Positions 18,756 through 27,978 of a stretch of DNA of 64,000 bases are shown here, one piece after another. The stretch is taken from the NCBI GenBank assembly GCA_963796585.1, contig CAWCMB010000007.1, forward strand, positions 51,787-115,786, read 5' to 3'. The position numbers and the translations under genes are program-made. This stretch comes from an uncultured Acidobacteriaceae bacterium. Lineage in GTDB: Bacteria; Acidobacteriota; Terriglobia; Terriglobales; Acidobacteriaceae. A model generated the notes under the pieces. It made no database searches and was not told the origin of the DNA. It saw nothing but the letters and a program-made list of their open reading frames with translations. How positions within the stretch are numbered: position 1 is the stretch's first letter; the number at the start of each line of letters is the position of its first letter.

Positions 18756-21192
18756 CTGACGCCACCTTTCTTGTTTTTACCGGCTCTGCAGCGGGTGTCA
18801 CTTGGACCACATAATTTTCTTCTTGCCACTGATTATCCAGCGGCCAGAAAAAGGTAAACCGCAAGGGTGAATTCTGGGTTACAGGCACCTGCAAATCCAC
18901 GTATTCGATGCCCAGCGACGTCGCTGTCGAAGCCGTGTCGCTCGTGGTGTGCCACTCATCCGAAGTCCAGTGCAGGCTGAAAGGAGATGACGCCTGAACC
19001 CGCAGCAAGGCGCCGGCAGGTACGCTGCGCACCTGACGGTTCATCTTCCAAATTTCGATTTCCGGTCTGGCTGAAGCGCTCATTGAGGGGTCGCAATAGC
19101 GCTTCGCCACGGGATCCAGCAAGTCAAACACCTTCTTATCGATGATTGAGCGCATCATCTTTACGAAATCAGCGTGCGCCCACATCAGCGGAATTGCCGA
19201 CCCGGTTGGTCGCCCGAAGAACATGTGCTGATCGGGAATGTCAGGCGCATCCCAAACCTGCTCCGGAATCAAACCTACCCCCGACGTAAAGCGCTCCACC
19301 GTGCGACAAAGGGGCTCCGGATCATTACCCAGCGCCAACTCATAGGCGGCGCGCTCCAGCGTCAACAGCGGCCATGGCCTTCCGACACCCCAACCATCAA
19401 ACGAGCTGCCATCATCGCGCTGGCCGTAGCCGTCATGGTTATAACGCTTCCAGCAAGGCCCGGCGGGGGTGTCGACCTTCAGCACTGCGTCAAGCACCTT
19501 CACCGAATCAACCATCAACGGATCATCCGCCCGGCGTATTCCCATCCGCACTAATTCCAGAAACCCGCCATCCACAATCTGGTTCGCCGGATACGAAGAT
19601 TGGGCGCCCGGCTTCTGGTTGGCAAGCACCAGGATCCCTTTATCGGGATCTTCATCTCCCCGCGATCCTTCGGCGCTGATAGCGGGATTGATGCGGATAT
19701 AGTGCCGCGTGATTCCGGGAACCAGCGTACCGTGGTTGGTTACTGTCCATTTTTCGATATGGGACTCCAGAAAGTCGGCATAGGTGCGCACAAAGTCTGC
19801 GGTGTGTGAATCGCCGCGCGCTTCGAGAAATTCCGCGGCGCAAATCAGCGCTGCAATATTCGCTGCCAGGGTGGAAGGCGAATACCCTCCTGCCTCTTCC
19901 CAACGCTCCTGTTTAGTCGCTGGCCCTTCACGGATCAGGTAGCCGCAAGCCCGCGTCACTGTGATATAGGGGTCAAAATTTCCCAGTCCGTTCGTCTTCC
20001 AAAGCCGCCAGGCGAGGATAATCGGAAACGAAACTTCATCCAGTTGAATGCCGGTCCAGTAGGGATCGCCATCCACCCAGAAATTCTGATAAAAGCCGCC
20101 GTCCTCGCGCTGCGTAACCGCCAGGTAGATCATGGCGCGAAGCGGGGTAGCCGTGTCGCCGATGGCGAGCAGCGCCGTCGCCTGCATTACCATGTCGCGC
20201 GTCCACACCAGGTGATATCCGCCCAGGTCGTCGTCGCTTTTGTCTTCGCCCCAGGGAATGCTCAAACTGGCGATCATGGCGCCCGGATACAACTTGTCTT
20301 CGTTTGCTAACAACAGATTCACGCTGCGCGCGAAGAGGAAAGAATCGCAGGCGACCAACTTGTCCATCAGCACCATGCGTTTGCGGGTCCGCTGCCATTG
20401 GTCTTCGAAGTTCTTCAGCGCTTGCTCGAACGGTATCGCGAGCGACTGCGCCAGCGTGGAAGATGCATTGTGCCGCGTGTGTCCGAATCCAACGGCGAGG
20501 GTGAACTCCGTCGTCCGGCTGAGGTCCAACTGCCCTGTCATGGCCACGTTGCCGTCCAGTGCGGAGGTGTACTCCCAGTCCATCTGGAAGTTGTGCGACA
20601 GGTCGGTCCAGCCGTCATTGACGCCGACATAGCCCACCGACATCTTCTTCATGGGAATCGTGGCCGCGAGTGCCAGATAGGCGTCCCCGCGAAAGGCAAG
20701 CAGGAAAGTTCTACCCCGCGCGTGTTGGACGAGGGCATTGTTGTGCCAGCCCCCGATTTGCAGGTGCGGCGCGCACAGCACGTAAAGTTGCAATCGGCCC
20801 TGCCATTCCGGGGCGACGTTGAACTTGGTGTGAATCACCAGACACGGCAGGTGCGGATCGCCAATGATCGTCTTCTCAATGGAATACCGTCCCTCGGGGT
20901 CGGAGTTCGTGATGGTGAACCCGAGGGCTGCGCTTTCTCGGCACTCGGTCTTGCTGACCATCTGGCGCCGCTCATCATGAAAGAAGGTTTCGCCATCGGA
21001 GACCAGGAACTGCAAGTCTCGCATCTGGGGCGTATCGATGGTCGGGAAGTAAACCTCGGTTACTACGCCATTCGCCAGCGTATACCAGAGCCGGCTGGAT
21101 ACCGAGTAGGCGGTTCCGATTGCATCTTTGGCCCCGAAGGTCCACTTGGGAACGATCCCAGGACCGCCGGGTGCCGGATTGTCTTTTAGCAA
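18748..21192 (-). CDS. GH15 glucoamylase / glucodextranase-like glycoside hydrolase
   Basis: An N-terminal beta-sandwich domain (IVPKWTFGAKD...) is followed by the (alpha/alpha)6 motif ...GGYHLVWTRDMV.... GAGGAG lies 5 nt before the TTG start. The gene overlaps the tkt ORF by 8 nt. Confidence 0.85.
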   Translation of the reverse strand: MLKDNPAPGGPGIVPKWTFGAKDAIGTAYSVSSRLWYTLANGVVTEVYFPTIDTPQMRDLQFLVSDGETFFHDERRQMVSKTECRESAALGFTITNSDPEGRYSIEKTIIGDPHLPCLVIHTKFNVAPEWQGRLQLYVLCAPHLQIGGWHNNALVQHARGRTFLLAFRGDAYLALAATIPMKKMSVGYVGVNDGWTDLSHNFQMDWEYTSALDGNVAMTGQLDLSRTTEFTLAVGFGHTRHNASSTLAQSLAIPFEQALKNFEDQWQRTRKRMVLMDKLVACDSFLFARSVNLLLANEDKLYPGAMIASLSIPWGEDKSDDDLGGYHLVWTRDMVMQATALLAIGDTATPLRAMIYLAVTQREDGGFYQNFWVDGDPYWTGIQLDEVSFPIILAWRLWKTNGLGNFDPYITVTRACGYLIREGPATKQERWEEAGGYSPSTLAANIAALICAAEFLEARGDSHTADFVRTYADFLESHIEKWTVTNHGTLVPGITRHYIRINPAISAEGSRGDEDPDKGILVLANQKPGAQSSYPANQIVDGGFLELVRMGIRRADDPLMVDSVKVLDAVLKVDTPAGPCWKRYNHDGYGQRDDGSSFDGWGVGRPWPLLTLERAAYELALGNDPEPLCRTVERFTSGVGLIPEQVWDAPDIPDQHMFFGRPTGSAIPLMWAHADFVKMMRSIIDKKVFDLLDPVAKRYCDPSMSASARPEIEIWKMNRQVRSVPAGALLRVQASSPFSLHWTSDEWHTTSDTASTATSLGIEYVDLQVPVTQNSPLRFTFFWPLDNQWQEENYVVQVTPAAEPVKTRKVASGE

Positions 21193-21444
21193 TGGCGCTC
21201 CTCAAAGGGAAAAGCTGCGATGTTAGAGCTTACAACAGCATTGCGACCCACAGAAGAGCTCTCAGGTGGTGGGGTTGGCTTCTTGTGCGGCTTCCTGACT
21301 CGCAGTTTTCGGCATAAAATGGCAGTAACCGGTCAGCGCGGAACTCCTTTATTATCTTTACAACGCAGAGGTGCTCTCCATCGGTAAATCTTGTCGGCTT
21401 CTGACCCCGATCGGTTCTCCAACCCCCACTTCTGCCTGCCGGAC

Positions 21445-23535
21445 ATGATTGAGCAAGAGAAAGCAGCTCTGAAGTTTGCCGCGCTGGAAGAAATGTGCCG
21501 CACCATTTCCTCGCACAGCGATTTGGCCGAGGTATTTGTCGCGCTCTCGCCCCACGTTTCGCAGTTGCTGCCCTCGCACTATGTCAGCGTCGTGCTCCAC
21601 GATGAGGAAAGCGGAACCATGCGGCTGCATGTTCTGCATTCCTCCGAATCGACGCCTCGCTGGCTGGGGCAGGATTTCGAAATCGACGATTCGCCGTCCG
21701 GGCTCGCGTGGCGCAGCCAGGACGTTTTCATCTGCGCGGACGTGGACCGGGAGCGACGGTTTCGCAAAGTCGGCGAACTCCTGCGCGAGCATCGCGTACG
21801 TTCGTTTTGCGTTTTGCCGCTGATCACTCCAGCCGGTCCGCTAGGCGCTTTGACGATCGGGCGGGCTGAAACGGGGAGCTTCGACGAGGAAGAAGTTGGT
21901 TTCGCGAAGCTCATCGCCGCGCAGGTGGCGCTGGCCGTGGAGAACGCATTATTCCGCCAGCGCTCTACCGCCCTGCAACGTGAGCTGAGGCTGGAGCGCG
22001 ACCGCTTGCAAACCGTGTTGGAACTCAACAATGCAGTGGTCTCTAATCTGGAACTGCGAGCCATGTTTAATGCGCTTTCTGCCAACCTGCGCAAGGTCAT
22101 GGAGTACGACTCCGCCAGCCTGCTTCTGCCGGAAGGTGCGGATAATCTGCGGCTGCATGCGCTCGACTTCCCAGAGAGCCGCGGTTATTTGCAGCGCGAC
22201 ATGCTCATTCGAATTGAGGGAACCAACGCCGGTGCCGCCTTCAAAACCGGTGAGAGCCGAATCGTGGGCCCCGGGGCACTGCCCTTCAGCGAGGAGGGCG
22301 ACATCAACCGGGTGCGCGCGGGCGAGGGATTCCGCTCCCTGCTGATTGTGCCGCTACGAAGCAACGGTGCGCAGGTAGGCGTCCTTTCGCTGAGCAGCCG
22401 GCGCGAGCACGCATTCTCCTCCGGTGACCTGCATTTTGCGACCCAGATCGGCCGGCAAGTGGCAATCGCCATCAGCAACGCCCTGCAACACCGCGCTCTT
22501 TCCGAAAGCAAAGAGCAAATCTCAGAGCAGAAGTTATATCTGGAAGAGGAGATTCGCGCCGAGCAGGATTTCGAAGACATCGTCGGCGGCAGTAGCGCGC
22601 TGCGCTCCGTCCTGGAACAGGTGGAAACCGTTGCCCCCACCGATTCCACTGTACTCATCTGTGGCGAGACCGGTACCGGCAAGGAGTTGATTGCCCGCGC
22701 AATTCATGAGCGCAGCGGTCGCCACAGTCGGACCTTCGTCAAAATCAACTGTGCCGCTATCCCGCTTGGACTTCTGGAGAGCGAGCTGTTCGGACATGAA
22801 AGGGGAGCTTTTACTGGTGCGATCTCACGCAAAATTGGGCGCTTCGAGTTGGCGCACCAGGGAAGTCTTTTCCTGGACGAGGTTGGCGATATTCCGCCCG
22901 AGCTGCAGCCTAAATTGCTGCGCGTCCTCCAGGAGCAGGAATTCGAGCGCTTGGGAAGTTCGCACACCCAACGCGTGGATGTCCGCCTGATCGCCGCCAC
23001 CAATCACAACCTTCCGGAAATGGCGGCCGATGGCCGATTCCGCAGCGATCTCTTTTACCGTCTCAACATTTTCCCCATTACGGTGCCGCCGCTTCGGGAC
23101 CGAGCCGAAGACATTCCTCTCCTGGTCCGCTACTTCGTGAGCAAATATGCGCGACGCATGAACCGGCATATCGAACGAATATCAAGCCGCACCATCATCG
23201 CTCTCACGGAATATGCGTGGCCGGGGAACGTTCGAGAGTTGCAAAATTTCATCGAACGGGCCGTGATCCTCACTCGGGGTGAAGAATTGATGGCGCCCTT
23301 GTCGGAGCTTCGCGCACCCAATCCCACCGCTGCAGCTTCTGAAAACATTGCCCAACTCAGTTTGCGGGAGATCGAGAGAAGTCGAATTCTTGATGTTCTC
23401 CGCCAGGCCAAATGGGTGGTTGGAGGCCCGAGCGGAGCTGCGGCGCTCTTGGGCCTTAAGCGAACCACTCTCCTCTATCGCATGGAAAAGTTAGGCATCC
23501 CTCGCCAACAAGTGTCAGGAGAGTCAAAAAACTGA
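21445..23535 (+). CDS. sigma-54-dependent transcriptional activator, GAF-GAF-AAA+-Fis HTH (FhlA-like architecture)
   Basis: Walker A GETGTGKE, the sigma-54 contact motif ESELFGHERGAFTGA and the C-terminal HTH ...AAALLGLKRTTLLYRMEKLGI are present. The track ORF starts at TTG 21391. Confidence 0.9.
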   Translation: MIEQEKAALKFAALEEMCRTISSHSDLAEVFVALSPHVSQLLPSHYVSVVLHDEESGTMRLHVLHSSESTPRWLGQDFEIDDSPSGLAWRSQDVFICADVDRERRFRKVGELLREHRVRSFCVLPLITPAGPLGALTIGRAETGSFDEEEVGFAKLIAAQVALAVENALFRQRSTALQRELRLERDRLQTVLELNNAVVSNLELRAMFNALSANLRKVMEYDSASLLLPEGADNLRLHALDFPESRGYLQRDMLIRIEGTNAGAAFKTGESRIVGPGALPFSEEGDINRVRAGEGFRSLLIVPLRSNGAQVGVLSLSSRREHAFSSGDLHFATQIGRQVAIAISNALQHRALSESKEQISEQKLYLEEEIRAEQDFEDIVGGSSALRSVLEQVETVAPTDSTVLICGETGTGKELIARAIHERSGRHSRTFVKINCAAIPLGLLESELFGHERGAFTGAISRKIGRFELAHQGSLFLDEVGDIPPELQPKLLRVLQEQEFERLGSSHTQRVDVRLIAATNHNLPEMAADGRFRSDLFYRLNIFPITVPPLRDRAEDIPLLVRYFVSKYARRMNRHIERISSRTIIALTEYAWPGNVRELQNFIERAVILTRGEELMAPLSELRAPNPTAAASENIAQLSLREIERSRILDVLRQAKWVVGGPSGAAALLGLKRTTLLYRMEKLGIPRQQVSGESKN

Positions 23536-23571
23536 CACCAAGTGTCGGAAATAGCGACCTCTTTTCGACAC
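23534..23571 (+). promoter_or_regulatory. three GACAC/GTGTC half-sites (candidate activator binding site)
   Basis: GACACcaaGTGTC (23534-23546) and GTGTCG-N18-CGACAC (23542-23571), directly after the activator stop codon. Confidence 0.3.
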
Positions 23572-23636
23572 ATAATGCTCACTTGTAATGAGCACCAATA
23601 GTTTAACCCACATCTTTTCAATTCTTTACCAAATCC

Positions 23637-23652
23637 TGGCGCCAACCTGGCG
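23637..23652 (+). promoter_or_regulatory. candidate sigma-54 (-24/-12) promoter
   Basis: TGGCGCcaaccTGGCg has GG and GC at the canonical 10-nt spacing, with 3 mismatches to TGGCAC-N5-TTGCW. It lies 50 nt upstream of the STAS ORF. Confidence 0.3.
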
Positions 23653-23701
23653 TATGGTGATGCAGATGCACTAACCAGCGCTGTCTGTTCCTCTCTGGCG
23701 G

Positions 23702-24106
23702 TTGGCCAAAAAAAGTCTACGGTCTTTCGCTAGCGAGCATCTCAGGAGACGGCGGTTGCTGAGGATCACGATCGAAGAGGATGCCATCGAATTGCGTTTG
23801 CTGCTCGAAGGCAGGCTCGAGGAAGCTCTGGTGCCCGAGCTCGAAAAAGCCTTTGCTGGGCAAATGGGTCTCTCAGCAGGGCGTCCGGTCGTCGTAGATC
23901 TATCAGGGTTGACGGGGATGGATGAAGCGGGCGAGTCGAGCCTGCGAAAACTCTATGAACAACGGGCGACGCTTCGTTGCGCGGATGTAATGAACCTGTA
24001 TTTAGTGGAACGGATGGCACATGGGCCGCTGAAACCATTGCAGGCACCCTGTCGTCCATGCCACTCCAATGAAACTCAGAAAATAAAGCACATGGAGGAG
24101 AAGTAA
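23702..24106 (+). CDS. STAS-domain (anti-sigma-antagonist-like) protein
   Basis: ...VVVDLSGLTGMDEAGESSLRKL.. resembles the SpoIIAA-type core, but DEAG replaces the phosphorylatable DSSG. The start is TTG. Confidence 0.5.
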   Translation: MAKKSLRSFASEHLRRRRLLRITIEEDAIELRLLLEGRLEEALVPELEKAFAGQMGLSAGRPVVVDLSGLTGMDEAGESSLRKLYEQRATLRCADVMNLYLVERMAHGPLKPLQAPCRPCHSNETQKIKHMEEK

Positions 24107-24107
24107 A

Positions 24108-24914
24108 GTGCGAATCGCGATCGGTTCTGACGAAACTGGCAATGCGTTGAAACAGCAACTGACGGCGAACCTAACAGCGACAGGGCACGAAGTGCTCGAT
24201 CCCACGTCAACCATCGAACCTCAGTCACGCGGCGACTACGCCGAGCAAGTGGCGCTGGCCGTCCTGCGTCGCGATGCGGAACGAGGCATTATTGTTACCG
24301 GACGGGGCGTGGGTGCGTCCGTGGCTGCAAATCGCGTGCCTGGTATCAGGGCCGCGCTCTGCAACGATTCGTTTTCTGCATTTTCGGGAGCGAAGGCGGA
24401 GGGCATGAACGTTCTAGTGATGTCGGTGCAGTCGCTCGACCTGGAACGCGCGAAAGAAGTCGTCGACGCTTACGTGGGAGCGACACTCGCACCTGTCGAG
24501 TTGGTCGGAGGGTTGCCTCCGCGTCGTCTGCAGCGAGTGTTGGAGTATGTGAAGGAGAATATTGAGAAAGACCTAAGCGTCTCTGAGATGGCCGAGGTCG
24601 TCGGCATGAGCCAGTACTACTTCTCCAAGCTCTTCAAGATGAGCACCGGAACGACTCCTCATCAATACGTTATGCGCCAGCGGGTGGAGCGGGCTCAGGA
24701 GTTGCTTCGCGACGGCAACACAGCCCTGGTTGAAGTAGCCACCAACGTCGGGTTCGAGACGCAAAGCCATTTCACTAGTGTCTTCCGCCGGCTGGTTGGG
24801 ATTACCCCTAAGAAATTTCGTGAAATGCGTGGAGATAGCGGCATTCACCTGGCGACGGCCGCAGATGGAAAGCTGGAGAAGCGGGAAGAGAAGTCCAACG
24901 CAACTGCTGCTTAG
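24108..24914 (+). CDS. fusion protein: RpiB/LacAB-like (catalytically degenerate) domain + AraC-type HTH domain
   Basis: The N-terminus MRIAIGSDETG...GIIVTGRGVGASVAANRVPGIRAALC...MNVLVMS follows the RpiB fold pattern. The C-terminus ...LSVSEMAEVVGMSQYYFSKLFK...VATNVGFETQSHFTSVFRRLVGITPKKFR is an AraC HTH. GGAGGAG lies 7 nt before the GTG start, which abuts the STAS stop codon. Confidence 0.8.
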   Translation: MRIAIGSDETGNALKQQLTANLTATGHEVLDPTSTIEPQSRGDYAEQVALAVLRRDAERGIIVTGRGVGASVAANRVPGIRAALCNDSFSAFSGAKAEGMNVLVMSVQSLDLERAKEVVDAYVGATLAPVELVGGLPPRRLQRVLEYVKENIEKDLSVSEMAEVVGMSQYYFSKLFKMSTGTTPHQYVMRQRVERAQELLRDGNTALVEVATNVGFETQSHFTSVFRRLVGITPKKFREMRGDSGIHLATAADGKLEKREEKSNATAA

Positions 24915-25185
24915 CCTGGCTGTCAGGTAGTGTCGCTGTGAGCTAGTGCCCACCTTTAGGTTGGCGTCATGCGCAGCCAGAGAAATTGGGCCGGGACGGC
25001 CATTGCTCAATGGTCATCCCGGTCTTTCTTCGTGGTTGGAGCGGATGCGGCGCTCAACCAGGCCAACCAGCACGGCTGAGGCGGGGTGCTTGTTGGGGAC
25101 CGCGGGAAGCGTGACACGACCGCGCTTTCGCACTACCCGTACACACCAAATCCGAAACCGCTCCAGGATCTCGGCAAGCGTCCGC

Positions 25186-27303
25186 CTACTTCTGTTTCTG
25201 CTTCGGCTTCATTGCCTTCGAGTTGCCTCCACTTACGCTGCCTTCCGGTCCCATCAACTCGTTGGCCAACGCATCCGCGTGGTAAATCCGACGCAACGTC
25301 TCAATCACCGCCCGTGAATCGGTGGCGACGGCACGCGCCTGTTTGTCGTCGTAGGCAAAATTCCACGTCAGCGACTGAATGTTGCCGTCGAAGATGATGC
25401 CCACAACTTCAGCATTCTTGTTGATCACCGGACTGCCGGAGTTCCCGCCGATGATATCGGGCGTGGACGCTGTGTCATAAACGGTCTTCAGGTTCAGCGA
25501 CGACTTGTCTTTCATCCAGCTTTCAGGCAGCTGATAAGGTGGCTTATCACCGTGAGCGGCAGCATGCTTATAGGCGCCCCCCAGCGTCGTAAACCACGGA
25601 ATGTGCTTGCCGTTCTCCTCATATCCCTTCACCGCGCCATAGCTGAGCCGCAGAGTAAACGTCGCATCGGGCGGCACGCTGAATCCGCCTTGCGCAAAGT
25701 GGATCTTGGCGATGGTGCCCGCGTTCTTGCGCAGAACCGATTCCACTGCGTCTTCGTTCCGCTGATGTACCGCTTCAGCATCCGGTTCGATCGTGCGCAT
25801 CATGACGATGAGCGGGTCGGTGCTGGCATCGACCGCCTGCTTACCGCCCTCGTAAAGCTGCTTGCGAACCGATACGTCGTCCAGTTTGCTGCCGTCGATG
25901 ACTTCCTTGGCGCGTTCCTCGGGCGACTTGCCGGCAAGGGCGGTTTTGACGCTGGCGCTGTCGGCGCCCAGCACCTGCTGCATTTCAGCCAGGCTGGCCG
26001 CCAGTTGCACCTGGTCCAGCGACTTGTAAATCGGTGCCGTAGAAAACAGCCGCTGCTCCAGCGTAGGCAGGGCGGAGTCCTGGTAGCCGCGGATACGTTC
26101 GTTGCTTGGCTTCTGCCGCTGCTCGGCTGCCCGCACGATGATGCGCGCGTCATCGGCCATGGTGCCGCGGAAACCTGCCAGTTGGTCCAGGTAGTACAGC
26201 GGCTTGTAAATCTGCTTCTGCACATCGACCGCCTGCGAAATCGGCTGCCAGGGGTCGCCGAACTGCTTCTCCCGGCCAGGATCGGACTTGACGTACTGTT
26301 GCAGCTCTTTTTCTTCGGCAATCTTCTTGCCCATGATGTCAGGATTCTTCAGCCCGCCTTCATAGCCGGTGATCGCCTTGAATGAGTTCTGGGTTCCGAA
26401 CAGAGCGTCCTCGGCCTCGCGAGCATTCTCGTCGGATTGCGCTCCAAACTTCTGTAGCACTTCAATGCGATGCTGGAACGAGGCCAGCATCATGGGAAAC
26501 TGGTCGTCGCGGAGGAAGTCCAGTTGATCGACGGTAAGCAGCCGGCCGGTGCGCCCGGGATGCCCGGATACGAATACCAGTTCGCCGTCCTGGGCGCCAT
26601 CTTTCGACCACTTCAGATAGTTGGTGGTGTTGGCCGGCTTGCCGTTCTCGTAGGCGCGAAGGAATGAAATATCCAGATCGTAGCGCGGATACTCGAAGTT
26701 ATCCGGATCACCGCCAAAGAAGGCGATGTCGAACTCCGGCGCGAAGACCAGCCGGATGTCATCGTACTTTTTGTATTTGTACAGGTGGTACAGCGCCCCG
26801 GAATAGAGGGTCACCACATCGCAGCGGATGTCCCCGCTCGAGCACTCCTTCTCGATCGATGACATTTCCTCGCGCTGTGCTTTGCCGGCATCGGCGTCGC
26901 TCATCCCCGGCTTCACCACGGCGTTCACCTTGTCGGTCACGTCCGAGATGTTTTCCAGAACCAGGAACTCCATTCCCGGGCACTTCGGCTCGTCAGCACG
27001 CGTCGGGGCATAAAAGCCGTTCTTGTTGTAGTCCTTACCATTGGTCGAGAGGTCGTGGATGCAGCCCTGGGCGATGTGATGGTTGGTGAAGATGAGCCCG
27101 TCGGCACTCACGAAAGACGACGAACCGTTTGGCGCGCGGGCGGAGGAGAGCCGCACGTGGTCCAGCCACTCCTGCGAAGGCGAAAAGCCGTACTTCGCTT
27201 GAACCTTGTCCTTGGGGAACTCGTTGAACAACCACATGCCCTCGTCGGCGAAGCTGGGCAGGCATAGGAAGATCGTGCAGAGAAGCAGGACTGCTTTTTT
27301 CAT
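25186..27303 (-). CDS. S46 family peptidase (dipeptidyl-peptidase 7/11-like)
   Basis: Signal peptide MKKAVLLLCTIFLCLPSFA, then DEGMWLF, then the catalytic region ...IIGGNSGSPVIN.... The true start is the ATG at 27303; the track ORF extends to 27411. Confidence 0.85.
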   Translation of the reverse strand: MKKAVLLLCTIFLCLPSFADEGMWLFNEFPKDKVQAKYGFSPSQEWLDHVRLSSARAPNGSSSFVSADGLIFTNHHIAQGCIHDLSTNGKDYNKNGFYAPTRADEPKCPGMEFLVLENISDVTDKVNAVVKPGMSDADAGKAQREEMSSIEKECSSGDIRCDVVTLYSGALYHLYKYKKYDDIRLVFAPEFDIAFFGGDPDNFEYPRYDLDISFLRAYENGKPANTTNYLKWSKDGAQDGELVFVSGHPGRTGRLLTVDQLDFLRDDQFPMMLASFQHRIEVLQKFGAQSDENAREAEDALFGTQNSFKAITGYEGGLKNPDIMGKKIAEEKELQQYVKSDPGREKQFGDPWQPISQAVDVQKQIYKPLYYLDQLAGFRGTMADDARIIVRAAEQRQKPSNERIRGYQDSALPTLEQRLFSTAPIYKSLDQVQLAASLAEMQQVLGADSASVKTALAGKSPEERAKEVIDGSKLDDVSVRKQLYEGGKQAVDASTDPLIVMMRTIEPDAEAVHQRNEDAVESVLRKNAGTIAKIHFAQGGFSVPPDATFTLRLSYGAVKGYEENGKHIPWFTTLGGAYKHAAAHGDKPPYQLPESWMKDKSSLNLKTVYDTASTPDIIGGNSGSPVINKNAEVVGIIFDGNIQSLTWNFAYDDKQARAVATDSRAVIETLRRIYHADALANELMGPEGSVSGGNSKAMKPKQKQK

Positions 27304-27432
27304 GATGGCTCCAGTCGCCGGAGTTCGGGTTTTAAGGGTGTCCGACGAGCGTTTGCGGGAACGGGTAAGCAAACCCTTAACTATAAATTCTTGGGCGTTG
27401 GCGAGCAACATCCGGCGGAGCTTGGTAGTGCC

Positions 27433-27699
27433 TCAGTTTGAAATGCTGTCGGACAAAAATCGCTTAGCTAGTGAGCGATAAAACCGTATGGACAGCAACA
27501 CGGCACAAATCAACGCTGTCCCCATTGCGGCCAGGGGCAGCAGGTTAAGCGCCCATCGTGCAGCAGTTCCCGGATAGGTTTCCGTGTTTATCAGACCTAA
27601 CCTGAAAGGGGCAAAGAAGAGGACAAGGCTACCGAAACACACCAGACAGGCCAGAACTACGCTTCCTAAAGCAATCCCGGTTTTGGCTAATCTTCGCAT
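27433..27699 (-). CDS. hypothetical small membrane protein
   Basis: 88 aa with three hydrophobic segments. It sits in a lower-GC patch next to a transposase remnant. No family was recognised. Confidence 0.35.
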   Translation of the reverse strand: MRRLAKTGIALGSVVLACLVCFGSLVLFFAPFRLGLINTETYPGTAARWALNLLPLAAMGTALICAVLLSIRFYRSLAKRFLSDSISN

Positions 27700-27702
27700 T
27701 CA

Positions 27703-27924
27703 GTTTGAAACTCGCTTCTCATAAGGCCCACGCGGCGTCGGTGCGAAGCTAATATCCGCAAGCATAGCGATCTCCTCTACCGACCAGACGTGACCGCTGA
27801 CTCCACCCTACATCGCCGGGGTGATTCGCAGGGTCCTGTGGATTCTGGCGAAATTGTAGTGCATGAAGTCCAGAGCGACCATTGGGTTCCACTCTTTTCC
27901 AATGTGCGTAAGCCCGAATCGGGC
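27703..27924 (-). pseudogene. transposase C-terminal remnant with an in-frame TAG
   Basis: The reverse frame reads ...ARFGLTHIGKEWNPMVALDFMHYNFARIHRTLRITPAM*GGVSGHVWSVEEIAMLADI...GPYEKR. The motif YNF.R.H.tLr.TPAM..G.s.HvWs.eEi is a transposase C-terminal box I recognise. The N-terminal catalytic part is missing. Confidence 0.55.
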
Positions 27925-27978
27925 CGACCAGCCCGGGAATCTAAGATAGACAGCTAAAATAGAGCCATAGAGCCAAAG

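Noticed and set aside
21193-21390. Sigma-54 promoter for the GH15-tkt-tal-zwf operon in the divergent region next to the activator gene
   Set aside because: The best candidates, TGGAGAgcaccTCTGC and TGGGTCGCAATGC, have the GG and GC at the wrong spacing. No acceptable -24/-12 match was found by eye.
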